Assembly (NCBI GenBank): GCA_973895155.1
Contig: OZ316899.1
Coordinates: 10,166,287-10,230,286 of the forward strand
Origin: Marsupella aquatica
Lineage: Eukaryota; Plantae; Marchantiophyta
DNA: 64,000 nt
Reading direction: 5' to 3'
Part shown: positions 52,100 to 64,000 of the stretch, piece after piece
How positions within the stretch are numbered: the stretch's first letter is position 1
Layout: each line of letters opens with the position of its first letter
Translations under genes and position numbers: made by a program
The notes under the pieces: generated by a model
Seen by the model: the letters and a program-made list of their open reading frames with translations, nothing else
The model's database searches: none
What the model was told of the DNA's origin: nothing

Positions 52100-54169
52100 C
52101 GGTGGTGGAGGGCCGCTCCTTTCAAGGAGGGCGGACGTGGAGGGAGGAGGCGTGAGTGGGCAGGGTGGGCTCAGATCTCTAAGTTTAGGATTAGGATCAG
52201 GACCAGGAGGCGGCCCTGACACTTAGCTTAGTGGGATTGCGGTTCCATTGGTAAGAACAACACTTGTACTCCTGCCTCGCTGTACATAGGTAGATTCAGT
52301 TAGGTAGATTAGGCTTACGCTGCAAAGAATTAGGCGGATCCACTACCAGGATAAGTACCTGGGCAGCGGGGAGCTTAGGGCCTCTTCTTTAGCAAGTTTT
52401 TAGTTGCACCAGCCGGGCTGGGATCAAGTAGTAAGAGAAGCTCTCGGTTAGTCATACAATGACCCTTGTATATTCATGTTTCCTCATGCCTAAGAGCTGA
52501 ATAGAGTTGGCCTCACGGCTTAGTTCGCAAAGCTTGTGTATGAGATGTACTATTTGTATGGCAAGTGCATGGTATGACTCAGTCAGAAGGAGTCATTTTG
52601 CTATTTGTGTCGCATTAACTTGTGTGAAGAGTGCCCACAACAACTAATAGATGAAGGAAAGTAAGCAAGGGAGTGAGAGTTGGATGTGTCGAGCTGAGAG
52701 AGGTCTTAGCGGCTTAACCAAGCCTATTGGGGATCATTCCAACGGCAGAATCCAAATATACCTAACAAGAAGGAGGGGAAGACAAGGGAAGGCCTAGATT
52801 AGGCCGGCTACGTATCTCATGACCCGATGAAGGATCTGTCCAGTATATGTGTAAAATGTTAATAGTAGTAGTAGAGGGAGGTTAGCAGCGTCCCATGCCA
52901 CTAAGCCGTGAAAACGGCCTCGCCAAGCGTGAAACCTGCGGGAATCGGCTTGTGAAGGGGGGTTTCTGGGGTTTAGGGAGCCATGGGACGCACCACAAAG
53001 ATGGCAAGGATGAAGATGGGAGAACCAGTAATGCTGCCAAGGTACCAGGTCCTCCACTAGAACATGCCAGGGAGGCCGTAGCCGTAGCAAAGGCCGTGAC
53101 CGATGCTGAGGCCGAAGCCAAGGGTAGACCCAGTCAGGCCGATGAAGAGTTGACTCGGTCAGGGGCATGTAATCTGTCAGAGGACGGACCAACGGCAGTG
53201 GCTGCGGAGGAAGCGTTGGGGGTGTCCATTGAGGACCAGCCACCAGTGTCGTGACGGTGTAAGGGCGCCGTCCCTTTTAGGGAGGGCGGACGTGGAGGTA
53301 GGAGGCGTGAGTGGGCAGGGCGGGCGCTGATCTCCAAGTTTAGACTTAGAATCAGGATCAGGAGACGGCCCTGACACTTAGATTAGTGGGATTTCGGATC
53401 CACGGGTGTGGACGACACTTGTGCTCCTGCCTCGCTGTACTTAGGTAGATTACAGTTAGGTAGATTACAGTAGATAGTTTAGGCTTACGCTGCAAGGAAT
53501 CAGGCGGATCCACAACCAGGATAAGTACCTGGGCTACGGGGAGTTCAGGGCCTCTTCTTTAGCAAGTTTTTAGTTGCACCAGCAGGGCTGGGATCAAGTA
53601 GTAAGAGAAGCTCTCGGTTAGTTATACAGTGACCCTTGTATATATTCATGTTTCCTCATACTTAAGAACTGAATAGAGTTGGCCTCACAGCTTAGTTCGT
53701 AGAGCTTGTGTATGAGATGTACTGTTTGTATGGCAAGTGCATGGTATAACTCAGTCAGAAGGAGTCATTTTGCTATTTGTGTGTCGCATTAACTTGTGTG
53801 AAGAGTGCCCACATCAACTAATAGAGGAATAGAAGTAAGTAGGGGAGTGAGAGTTGGATGTGTCGAGCTGAGAGAGGTCTTAGCGGCTTAACCAAGCCAA
53901 TTGGGGATCATTCCAGCGGCGGAATCCAAACATACCTAATGGAGGACCAGGAGAGGAATACAAGGGAGGGACTAGAATAGGCCGGCTAAGTATCTCATGA
54001 CCCGATGAAGGATCTGTCCAGTATATGTGTGTAAAATGTTAATAATAGATTAGCAGCGTCCCATGCCGCTAAACCGCGGAAACGGCCTCGCCAAGGACAA
54101 AACCTGCGGGAATCGGCTTGACCAAGGGGGTTTCTTGGGTTTGGGGAGGCAGGGGAAGCACCACATTTT

Positions 54170-54186
54170 TGGCGCTAGATGGAGGG
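54170..54186 (+). other. Primer-binding site, likely tRNA-Asn
   Basis: TGGCGCTAGATGGAGGG 4 nt after the LTR end. One mismatch to the complement of the plant tRNA-Asn 3' end as I recall it. Confidence 0.7.
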
Positions 54187-54426
54187 GGCATTTCTTACGC
54201 CGTGAGATATGAAGTTAAGAAGGAAGCGTAGGTAATGACTGAACCTACGCCGAGGGAGGAAAGAGCGATTCAACGGGAGAGAGCTCGTCTGCAGCAGCTC
54301 ACCGGGTGGCATGATACATAGCGACTGAGAGGGGCAAAAAGAGCTAGTAGCTCCGTAAGTGAAAGTGGCATCGAAGAAGACATACCAGAAGAAGGGTCGG
54401 TAAGGAGAAGTGAGTCTCCACCCGAC

Positions 54427-57205
54427 ATGGGGGAACCAGAGGTGCGGCCAGACGAGAGGCCAGGGACCAAACTGAGCCAACGGTCACGCATTCATTACAA
54501 GGCCTTTCATGGTAGAGGAGATGAGGATCTGGACGAATGGTTGGATGACTTTGAAGGAACTGCTGCAGCAAATGGAGAATCGGCCATCAAGATGCAAATT
54601 CTTCCCGGCCTGTTCAAAGGTGAGGCTAGGCCTTGGTACAGAGCCTTGGATGTGGAAGATCAAGCCATATGGAATACTTTCAGATCACTATTTGTCAAGG
54701 AGTTTTGACCCATTGGAACTTCAAAGTTAGCAGTGCTGAAGTTGGGACGACTTCGGTTCAAGGAGAACAAATCCTTCAGGAAGTTCTTGCAACGCTTCCA
54801 AAAGTTGGTAAGACGTACAAAGACCAATGCATCTGAAGGTATGCAACTTCAATGGTTAGTAAATGCTTTGCCACAGAAGATGAGTTTTGCAATTAGAAAG
54901 GAGAACCCAGAGACTTTAACCGAGGCAATTAAGGATATTCAATTATACATTAATGGAGATATCACAAGCCGGAAGAAACAACTTAAGTCTGAGAGTTCCT
55001 CATCGGAGGAGGGATCACCCCACAAGAAAAAAGATAAGAAAAAGAAACATTCTAAGAAGTCAAGAAGTGATAACTCAAGCTCGGATAGTGGAAGTAGCAA
55101 GAGTGAGTCATCTTCTAGTTCTGAAGAAGAACAAACTAGGAAAAAGAAGGGTAGAAGGAGGGGAAAGTTGAAAGTCAAACTAGAGGCTAAAACACCAGAT
55201 AACATCATAGCCCTTACCAAGCAGCTTAAGGCTATAATAGCAGAGGTAAAACCAAAGAAGAAGGTAGTACAAGAGGATAGCTCTGTATGGTGTGCCTTAT
55301 GTTATAAAACCGGACACCATAAAGATGCGTGTCCTAAACTTAATACTAGTCATGTTCAGCATGTGGCTGAGGCTAGACCAGGTCAGGCAGAAGTAGAGTA
55401 CTTTTTAGGGGATGCCGCTGATAGTGTTTTTGGCATCAGTGAGATTGGAGCACGAGATCTCTCTGGTCAGGATTAAGGAACAATCTGGGAGAGATGTATC
55501 CTCGGATTATTCAGAATCCGTCAGTACCTCCTAGGCCGAATGTGCAAAGATTTGCGGCATGCTATAATTGTGGTCAACTTGGTCATTTTGCTAGAGAATG
55601 CCCGAATGCACGCAAACAAGGTGATGGACAACCAGCTCAGCTATGTATGGGATGCTGACAGGAGGGTCACATGCTAGGACAATGTCCTACTTGGTTGGCA
55701 GGCCTGGCCGCAAATCATAAGCTCTTGCCAGTCAAAGTTTTACCGCCAGGTACTACCCCCGGAGGAGTTCAAATCAACCACATCGAACTCGGATGGCAAA
55801 CTGATGCCGAGGCAGAGTTCGACCATCTGATGATGAGGCCGAGGCCTTATCAACATTTTCAGAAGAAGAATTGGATCATGATTGCTACCGGGTCTCTACT
55901 CGATCCACCAGAAGGAAGGAAAGGTGGGATGGGCTGGCCAAAAATAAAGGGAAGGATAAGGAAGAAAGGATCGACTCTTCGTCAACATCGACGGAAGGGG
56001 AAGGAAAGACGCCGGCAACACAGGTAAGCCATGAGCTCACCAGTGACCCCAATCCTTCACAGGACAGCGATTTCAATCGAGATCACCCTAAGTTGTTCTA
56101 CCCCGCTATTACGGCTAGTGTTAAGGAACAACTGCGAGAATTAGAAAACTTGGAGAATACCAAAGCCATAGCCAAGGATGTGGAACGAGCAAAAGCACTG
56201 TTTGCTTCTGAGGATCCAACGGCTGTGGAAACCAGCGCGAAGAAATATGCCGAAGCCAAGATGAAGACACCGTCAGAAGAGAAGCCGATAGTTCCCTATG
56301 ATCTGGCTAAGGATGTGCTAGAATCTAGAGTCTCGGCAACCGTAGGTCAACTATTGAAAAATAGCCCGTACTTCCGGAAGCAGTTAAGGAAGGTGATTCT
56401 TGGCAAACCGAGATTACCCAAGGTAGCAACCAGATCCGATGTGCTAATGATAGAAGAAGATCAAGGAGCCCCAGCATTACCATTAATGATTCAAGGAGAA
56501 ATATTACTGCGGGTACCCATTGATGGAGGATCCGGGGTATGTATTATGATTGATTCAACAGCAAAAGGATGGGGTCTAATGCCGGAGATGACTGGAAGAG
56601 TGTTAAACATGGCCAATGGGTATCAAGTCATTCCCACGGGGGTGTTAACCGGCATCAAGACTGAGATAGGAGGTATTTTCTTTAGCATTAACTATGTAGT
56701 GATGAAGCCAATAAATCCTACGTCGTTCCGACTATTAATTGGCAAGCCATGGCTGTACCGAGCCAAGGTAATAGAAGATTGGGGTAAGAAGGAGTTCACT
56801 TTTGGGACCCCCTCTATCACGGTGTCTTGGGACACTAAAGATGACTGTAGGAAAAGCATCAGGGAAGTAGATGGGTACGACAGTGGACTCGAGTCAGCCG
56901 ATGAAGTACGTTGGTTAGAATGCCTCACTGACCTAACCGAAGAAAGTGTGTTTGGATTGGAAGTACCCCCCAGCGGACTATGGCACGAACCTATGGAGAG
57001 TAACCTGGAGGAAGGGGAAGAAGAGACTGAGGATTGTTTTGCCATAGAGTCAACATTTTTAGCTTCAATTCCGAAGGAGACACAAGAGGCGGATCGGCTA
57101 GAAACGGCTAGGTGGGGAGCTACACCAGAGACAGTGGATTTTCCACGGGCGTTGTGGCAGAGCCAACAAGATCCACAACGCCGTCTATCATCGGCAACAA
57201 ATTAA
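54427..57205 (+). pseudogene. gag: gag (Retrotrans_gag, three CCHC knuckles) and aspartic protease
   Basis: FHGRGDEDLDEWLDDF..FKGEARPWY; CALCYKTGHHKDAC, CYNCGQLGHFAREC, CMGC*QEGHMLGQC; protease-like IDGGSGVCIM and LLIGKPWL. Stops and frameshifts. Confidence 0.88.
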
Positions 57206-57469
57206 ATACCAAAGGATCGGCTTACAAGCCGATCACAAGGGCAGAACAAATTGAGGCCCTACTAGAAGCCGGAAGAGCACGACGGCCTGACCCTCAGGAA
57301 ACAGGAATAGATAAGATGCACGGAAAGAAACCAGAGCCGAGTCAGGAAAGGGAGCCGCCAACCAATTCAAAACCAAACAGAACGGTAAGGGGAACAGTCT
57401 GTTAATAACCAAGGAGAACTCGAGTCAACCAATTCGGCTAGTACCGCAGAGATTCCAGTCTATGGAGGT

Positions 57470-60386
57470 ATGAGACTGGAAAGGCTGGAGGCCGGGTTGG
57501 ACCCGAATTTGAAGAAGCAGATTAATATGATCCAAGCACGACAATACCGGAAGCTCGACTTAGGAGAAGGAAGGGAACTGAACTTGGGGCGGGACCTAGC
57601 ACCTAAGCTTGAGAAAGAGATCAGTGAATTACTAATTGAATTTCAGGATGTGTTCGCATGGAGTCACCAAGATCTGAAGGGAGTAGACCCAAAACTAGGA
57701 GAACACCGAATCGATCTCATGTTAGGGGCCAAATCATTTCGACAACCGATCCAAAGGATGAACCCTAAGTATTCTCTGATGGTCAAGGCTGAAATTGATA
57801 AACTAGTGGAAGCCGGATTCATCACTCCAGTCCTGCATTCAGACTGGGTGTCTCCAATTGTGATAGTACCCAAGAAAGCTGGACCCGATGGTCAACCCAA
57901 GATCCGTGTTTGTCAGGATTACAGAAAGTTGAATGAGGCTACGTTGAAAGATCATTTTCCTTTACCCTTTACTGATATGGTGTTAGACATGGTAGCCAAT
58001 CATGAACTATACTCATTCATGGATGGATACTCTGGTTATAACCAAATCAGGATTAGGCAGGAGGTCCAAATCAAAACAGCCTTCATCACGGAATGGGGGA
58101 TCTATGTCTTCAATCGTATGCCGTTTGGACTCTGTAAAGCACCAGCTATGTTCCAACGATTAATGGTGAACATTTTCCACGACTACTTGAGAAAATTCAT
58201 GGAAATCTTCATTGATGACTTTGCAGTGTTTGGGAAGGCATCGAAACATGCTAAATACCTCAGGAAAACCTTCATGAGATGCAGAGAGGTAGGTCTCAAG
58301 TTACACCCCGATAAATGTTTCTTTGGAGTAACAGAGGGTGTGCTACTAGGTCACAAGGTATCAAAGAAGGGCATTGAGATTGACAAAGGTAAGCTAGCAG
58401 TGTGGCTGGATATCATGCAACCTAAGAACATAAAAGATGTGAGATCCTTCTTGGGGTGCATTGGTTATTATCGCCGGTTCATCAAGGATTTTGCCAAGCT
58501 AGCTTTACCATTAACCAACATGCTCAAGGCAGGTGCGGACTTTGAACCCACACCCGAACGAGTAACAGCAGTAGTGGAATTGAAGCAGATGTTAGTAGAG
58601 GCCCCAGTCATGATAGCACCAGACTGGAACAAGGATTTTCATGTCTTTGTAGATGTCTCAGGCTTTTGTATCGGCTCAGTACTAAGTCAGTTGGATGAGA
58701 AAGGAAGGGACCATCCCATATACTTTGCAAGCCGCCAGCTTGCCGATGCCGAACGAAACTACTCCACCACAGAAAGAGAAGCATTAGGAGTCATTTATTC
58801 ATGTAAAAAGTTTAGGCATTATTTGCTAGGGTACAAGGTAATCTTTCATACTGATCATGAAAGTTTGAAGTACCTAGTAAATAAGCCGGACCTTACAAGC
58901 AGGGTAGCAAGATGAATTTTGCTATTACAGGAATTTGACTACGAGCTAAAAATCAAGCCGGGAAAGCAACACGCCAATGCTGACTTCTTTTCAAGGATCA
59001 TAGGAGAACCTGCCACGGATTGCATCGACAATCAATTTCCCGACGAGGAGCTATTCGTTGTGGAAATAGCTGATACATGGTACCCTGAGGTTTTACGATT
59101 TCTCAGCACTTCCAGATTACAGCCAGGGCTAAGCCGAGAGCAAGCCGCAGTCTTTCTGCGGAAGGTCAGACGGTATCAGTGCATTAAGGGCATACTACAC
59201 AAGCATGGAATCAGTGGCACGATTCAAAGGTGTTTGGAGGAGGGAGAAGTAAAACGAGTCTTACGAGCTATGCATGGAGAGGAGGCCGGGGGGCATTTTA
59301 CTCCAATAACCACTTCTAAAAAATATTAAATGTCGGTTACTGGTGGCCCACCTTGCACAAGGATGTCTATAAGTTTATCCAACAATGCAATCCTTGTCAG
59401 CGAGCAGGAGGACCAAGGGCGTCCACAAGACATCCACTGCACCCTATTCTACCTCTAGCACCATTTGAGAAGTGGGGTATTGATTACATCGGACCTCTGA
59501 AACCATTGACTCACCCTCGAAAAAACAAATACATAATCTTGGCCATGGATTATGCAACTAAGTGGGTAGAGGCCAGGCCGACAACCAAGGATGATGCAAT
59601 TACTACGGCTCGATTCATGTATGAGCAGATCTTCACCAGGTATGGCGCACCCTTAGAATTAGTTAGTGATAGAGGAACCCATTTTCTAAATGATATAATT
59701 AGTCGTTTAAATGAGCAGTATTTAGTTAGACATAGGCCTACTACTCCCTACCACCCAAACGCAAACGGGTTGACAGAACGAGCCAATGGAATTATAGGAA
59801 AAATATTAAACAAAACTGTAGCCCAGAACAAACTCGATTGGGATGATAAATTGTTTGCTGCTGTTTTTGCTGACAATTTAGCCTATAAATCCACTACCGG
59901 TCATACACCTTTTTTCCTAACCTTTGGGCAGGAAGCCCTGGTACCCATGCAACTTGAGATTCCTACATTTCAAGTTACAATTGAGGAGAGATCTTCAGAG
60001 GAGGAAAGCCTAAAGGAGCGAGAGTATAGGTTAGAAGCTTTAGAAGAGGCAAGAATGATTTCAACTGAGAGAGTAGAATATAGACAGAATACCATGAAGC
60101 AACAGTATGATAAGAAGTTGAAACCAGTTAGTATTCACACAGGAGATCTTGTATTACTTTATGATAGTAGGTATAATAGGTTTCCAGGTAAACTTTACAC
60201 TCGCTGGTTAGGACCCTTAGAGTAACCATGAAGTTCTTCAATGGCTCCGTGCAATTGGCCAACATTACTGGAGAGGTGTACCCAGTTTGCATCCATTACG
60301 ACCGCCTCAAGAAATACTATATGGACGAAGATGAAGTTGTTCGTGGGGACGCTTCACAATTAAGTGGGGAGCTATGTGATGCCTAG
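57470..60386 (+). pseudogene. pol: pol: RT, RNase H, integrase (GPF-type tail, no chromodomain)
   Basis: RVCQDYRKLN, MDGYSGYNQI, MPFGL, FIDD, FVDVSG, HHCC, IDYIGP, SDRGTHF, NGLTER. One stop (58913) and two frameshifts. Confidence 0.96.
60362..60371 (+). other. Polypurine tract
   Basis: AAGTGGGGAG just upstream of the 3' LTR; identical before 48268. Confidence 0.8.
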
Positions 60387-63300
60387 CCAGGAATCACTAA
60401 GCCCGGTTTACATGGTAAGCAGGAGTGTACCCTAGAAACACCTTAGTATAGGACCAAAAACAAGGAAAATATAAACAATTAAGGGTGACTATGGAACCCA
60501 GGCCGAGGCCGGAAGTAAGGACGCCGGGGGAGAGAACACGATTAGGGTTAGGGTGCACTAAGCGTCGGCGGCTAGGGGTGACCAACGGGAGGAGGGACCA
60601 GAGGAGGAGAGGGGTAAGAACCACTCGCGAGGAATAGTGGCTCATTTGCAAGAACGAACTGGGCAAACGACTATGGGAGGCCAAATGCTGTCAGCTGCTT
60701 AGACAAGCACTCAGGGTGGGAACAGATACCAACGATCGATCAAGGAGGGTATGAGCAACGTCAATCAAGCGGCACATTTTTGGGGATGCCTGTTCGAACG
60801 GGCAGGTGAGTATGTCAGGACTTACAAGGACGAAGAATCGGAGAGAGCAGCTCGAGAACGGCAGGAGCTCGCTCGACTCTGGGAACTGCAGAAGACGGCT
60901 TTCTTAGGAGGAGAACTTATCAAGGCCGAGTTCTTGTGGACTCCTACTGCCAATCAGCTCGACGACCTTCTGTTTTGCGAAAACAAAATCGTCGGCATCC
61001 AGGAAGCCATCAATCGCTGCAACGACCTACACTGGGAGTTGAAGGGTAACACAGAGGGGTGGACAAAGGCAATCTTGCTAGGAGAAACATCCACGGCAGC
61101 CGAGATGAAGAGGAAAGGAAACAACAACGACGAGGCCACCCCGGCAAAAAGAACGAGGTTGGCGGCACCTAGGAAGCCAACAGAGCAGCCGAGCAGGACA
61201 AGGGGAGAAGCCGATGAGGAAGAGGTCGATCCCATCAATGCCATTCCAACAAACGATGACACCTGGAAAGGCTGGGCGGCGACCCTACCGGAGGAAGTGC
61301 AATTACACTTTGCACGGGAGGAGGATGCATGCTTTACGACCATGCAGACCAAGAAGTACCAAGGCTTCATGGTCGGATCCGGCTTGGAAGCCTTCGTAAG
61401 ATTACCCTCGCTGAAGCCGGAGGTGCCGGACTCAGACTTGTTAGAATTTGTGGGATCATGGGAACCCGAGACCAATTCCACGAGGGTGTATGGGAAGGAT
61501 TTCTATCTCACTCCCCGGGTGATTGCTGAAGTATTTGGCTTGCCGATGGGTAATAAGACCAAGGTTGATACCAGGAAGACCTTACCTGACAAGGAGTTTC
61601 GGTCGTTTCCAGGACCATCAACAAAGAATGGCTTCTTCCGGAACACCTGCACCAACTCGCACATCGAAGAGATGATTGATTTCTTGCGAGTGACCATGCA
61701 CTGTAACTTGCCGAGGGCAGAGATCGGCAAGGCTCAGGTCTACCTGGCAGAAAGGCCAGACCCAAGCCGGGATTACAACGGGTACCTCCTCAACCAACTG
61801 AAGAAGATCTTGAAGGAGGAACAGCAGGTGTCAGCGTGGGAAGCGTGTCCCGGCTTGGCTATCACATGCCGCTGTTGTGCCGGTATGCCAGAAGTCAAAT
61901 CTTTGCCCCAGTACTTCCCCTATCGGCAAGGGCACCAGAGGAGGTCCCGGAGCAAAGGCCGGCACCAGAGAAGCCCAACCAGCCCGACAGTCCGACGATC
62001 GAGCAGGTGTTTAGGCCAAGGAAAGAAGACTTGCCGATGCAGCAACCAAGCATGCAAAATCTGCTGAAATTACTGGAGAAGGAAAAGAGAACGGTTCCGG
62101 CAACGGCAACGGCACAGGACGCTGCCCCAGAAGTCGACCTAAGCCGACTCAGAAGGGAAGACCCCTTTACTGGAACAAAGGAGAGATTAAGGCCGGAACA
62201 CAAGCCGGGAGTGCGAATGTACGTGGGAGCCTCAAGCCCCGAATCAGAGGGAGAGGAGCCGGGAGTCCAAGTAGTGGAGGAGGCAATGGAAGACTACAGC
62301 AATGATAACTCCGGCTATGGGTCGGATCATCATGTTCCAGGAGTAAGGACCTATGGCCGATTCATCCCCACACTTCCAAGAGTAGTTTGAGGGGACCCCG
62401 CCCAGCAGAGTAACCCCGAGTCTCCCCCACCAGAGGTTTCTCCCCCGAGCTTTGACGGCATAAAGCAAACGGCACAAGAATTTCAGGAGCAACTTAGGGA
62501 GGAAGAGAGAGCAGCCCTGGCTAGGGAGAAGGATTTACCAGGAGGAGATTGGCCGGAGGACATCAAGCGGCTTGCCAAGAAAAGAAGCAACCCTCTTGCC
62601 ACCGTAGAAGAAATCCGCAAGACGGCTTGGGAGCAGAGGCCGCGGTGGTTGATGCCGATGACTTCTAGTTACTCCACCTATGCTAAGGATAGAGCCATGG
62701 AGTACGGGGAGATGTGTGGGGACCTGGCGCTCAGCATCTTTGGGGAGGAGTTGGAGCAGGGACCCTTTTTCCAGAGGGAGATGTTGGAAAAGCACCGATT
62801 AGAAGAAGCGGTGGCTTTGGAGAGAAGCAAGAAGGACGAGGTCATCTGGCGGCTTAGGGAGAAGGAAGCCGAGGTGTAAGACCTGGGGGCGGCCAAGAAA
62901 GCCCAAGATGAGTTGCGGATTAAGCGGCATGAGCTAAACATCATGCAGGGGCAGTTGGATACCGCTCAGTCTGACAATCAGATTATCAAAGATAAACTGA
63001 CTCGGACCCAAGGAGAGTTGGCCGGCGCAGTCAAGGAGAGAGAGAAATGGAAGCGGGGAGCTAAGGGATGCAGAGGAAGCCCACTTAGCAACCAACAATC
63101 GGGCCATGGCGGAGAACCAGAGAAGGGAGAGGGCATTGAAAGGAGAGCTCGAAGATATCCGCGGAGCCCTTGAGCAGAAGGAAGCAGAGTTAGGGAAATC
63201 CTATCAAGGGATTATTGCGCTGCAGAAGGAGCTTGCGTCCCTGACGGCCAGCTTCAAGGCCGACCTGCGTGAAAAGGACGACCAGCTCGACCAGACTTAT

Positions 63301-64000
63301 GCCAAGATGAATAAGATGGAGTCTGTGGTCGTCGCAGAGCTCGACAGGGAGCTAAGAGCAACCCAGGAGGAGAGGGCTACCTTGAAAAGAGAATTGGAGG
63401 AAGCCAATAAGGAGCTGGAGGAGGCATGCAAGGACCTGGACGAGACCCAAGAGGAGTTGGAGGAAATCACGAGGAAGATGGAGAACCTACAGCGGCGGGC
63501 CGACAACCAAACGGAGCGGTTGAAGACACAAGCCGCAGTATTTAAATGCTTGGCTTCATCAGGTCCAACTCCAATTGGTGGAACCCAGTTACCAGGGGTA
63601 GTATTGGCCGAAGGATAAGCCGTAACACTCACCCCGGTGTTGGAGGTAAGTGGCAAGGGGAAGGAACCGGCTGTCGAAATAGGGAAGAAGAAGAAGAGGA
63701 AACCTTCTAGGTCTGGGAGTTATACGGCTTCTCAAGCGATTGTGACCGAGAAGATAAACCCGGCACCAACCTCTGGCATCGGCACGGTAGTGGATCCACC
63801 AGTCCTAGGAAGTGAAGATGGCAAGGCCGAAGACGGGAGAACCAGTAATGCTACCGAGGTACCAGGTCCTCCATTAGAACATGCCGGGGAGGCCGTAGCC
63901 GTAGCAGAGGCCGTGACCAATGCTGAGGCCGAAGCCGAGGGTGGACCCAGTCAGGCCGATGAAGAGTTGACTTGGTCAGGGGCAGGTAATCTGTTAGAGG
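60375..64000 (+). repeat. Host 3' LTR (incomplete), uninterrupted, carrying the LTR ORF from 60751
   Basis: TGTGATGCCTAGCC start; collinear with the rejoined 5' LTR; ORF broken by frameshifts and stops. Confidence 0.93.

Larger units (their letters stand above)
44387..52997 (+). mobile_element. Internally deleted family-A element nested in the host 5' LTR (partial 5' LTR 44387-45524, RT-RH-INT, full 3' LTR 48268-52997)
   Basis: Perfect TSD AAGAT at 44382-44386 and 52998-53002. PPT AAGTGGGGAG before 48268. LTR starts at 44387 and 48268 are nearly identical. Confidence 0.93.
36663..53254 (+). pseudogene. LTR-encoded ~1,107-codon ORF of the host 5' LTR, split by two insertions
   Basis: MSNVNQAAHF start 376 bp into the LTR. 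Pieces 36663-38146, 42802-44386 and 53003-53254, with a few TAG stops. Confidence 0.85.
36287..54165 (+). repeat. Host 5' LTR in three pieces: 36287-38146, 42802-44386, 53003-54165 (4,608 bp rejoined)
   Basis: The rejoined junctions match the uninterrupted 3' LTR at ~62225 and ~63810. Confidence 0.93.
36287..64000 (+). mobile_element. Ty3/gypsy non-chromovirus LTR retrotransposon (family A) with ~4.6-kb ORF-bearing LTRs; 3' LTR runs off the window
   Basis: 5' LTR TGTGATGCC(36287)...GCACCACA(54165), interrupted twice. PBS, then gag-PR-RT-RH-INT, PPT, and a 3' LTR from 60375 nearly identical to the 5' LTR. Confidence 0.95.

Noticed and set aside
36287-64000. Repeated 4.6-kb blocks as an assembly artefact or simple tandem duplication
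   Set aside because: Copies are diverged, have precise TG...CA ends and 5-bp TSDs, and the empty sites are seen in the 3' LTR.

Overview
Eukaryotic plant DNA made almost entirely of nested transposons. Evidence for a plant origin is TTTAGGG telomere motifs, GT-AG introns and plant TE domains; a non-seed plant such as a bryophyte is a guess. No intact host gene is evident. Left half: a Mutator-like transposase remnant is interrupted by CACTA-3 (right end 29238). CACTA-3 is interrupted by CACTA-1 (right end 24121). CACTA-1 holds a complete CACTA-2 (12908-22593, TSD GAT) and the tail of a probable LTR (1-~2550). These CACTAs carry chromatin-type cargo: two zinc-knuckle+SET-domain genes in the same layout, an EDM2-like composite PHD finger, a tandem-BRCT gene and an F-box-like gene. 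Right half (36287 to window end): a non-chromoviral Ty3/gypsy element with ~4.6-kb LTRs, each containing a ~1,100-codon ORF (PMD/Transposase_32-like motif plus a long coiled coil). Its 5' LTR has been hit twice by members of the same family: a solo LTR and an internally deleted copy, both with 5-bp TSDs. Most ORFs are decayed by C>T/G>A stops and frameshifts. All domain calls are by-eye motif recognition, not database searches.
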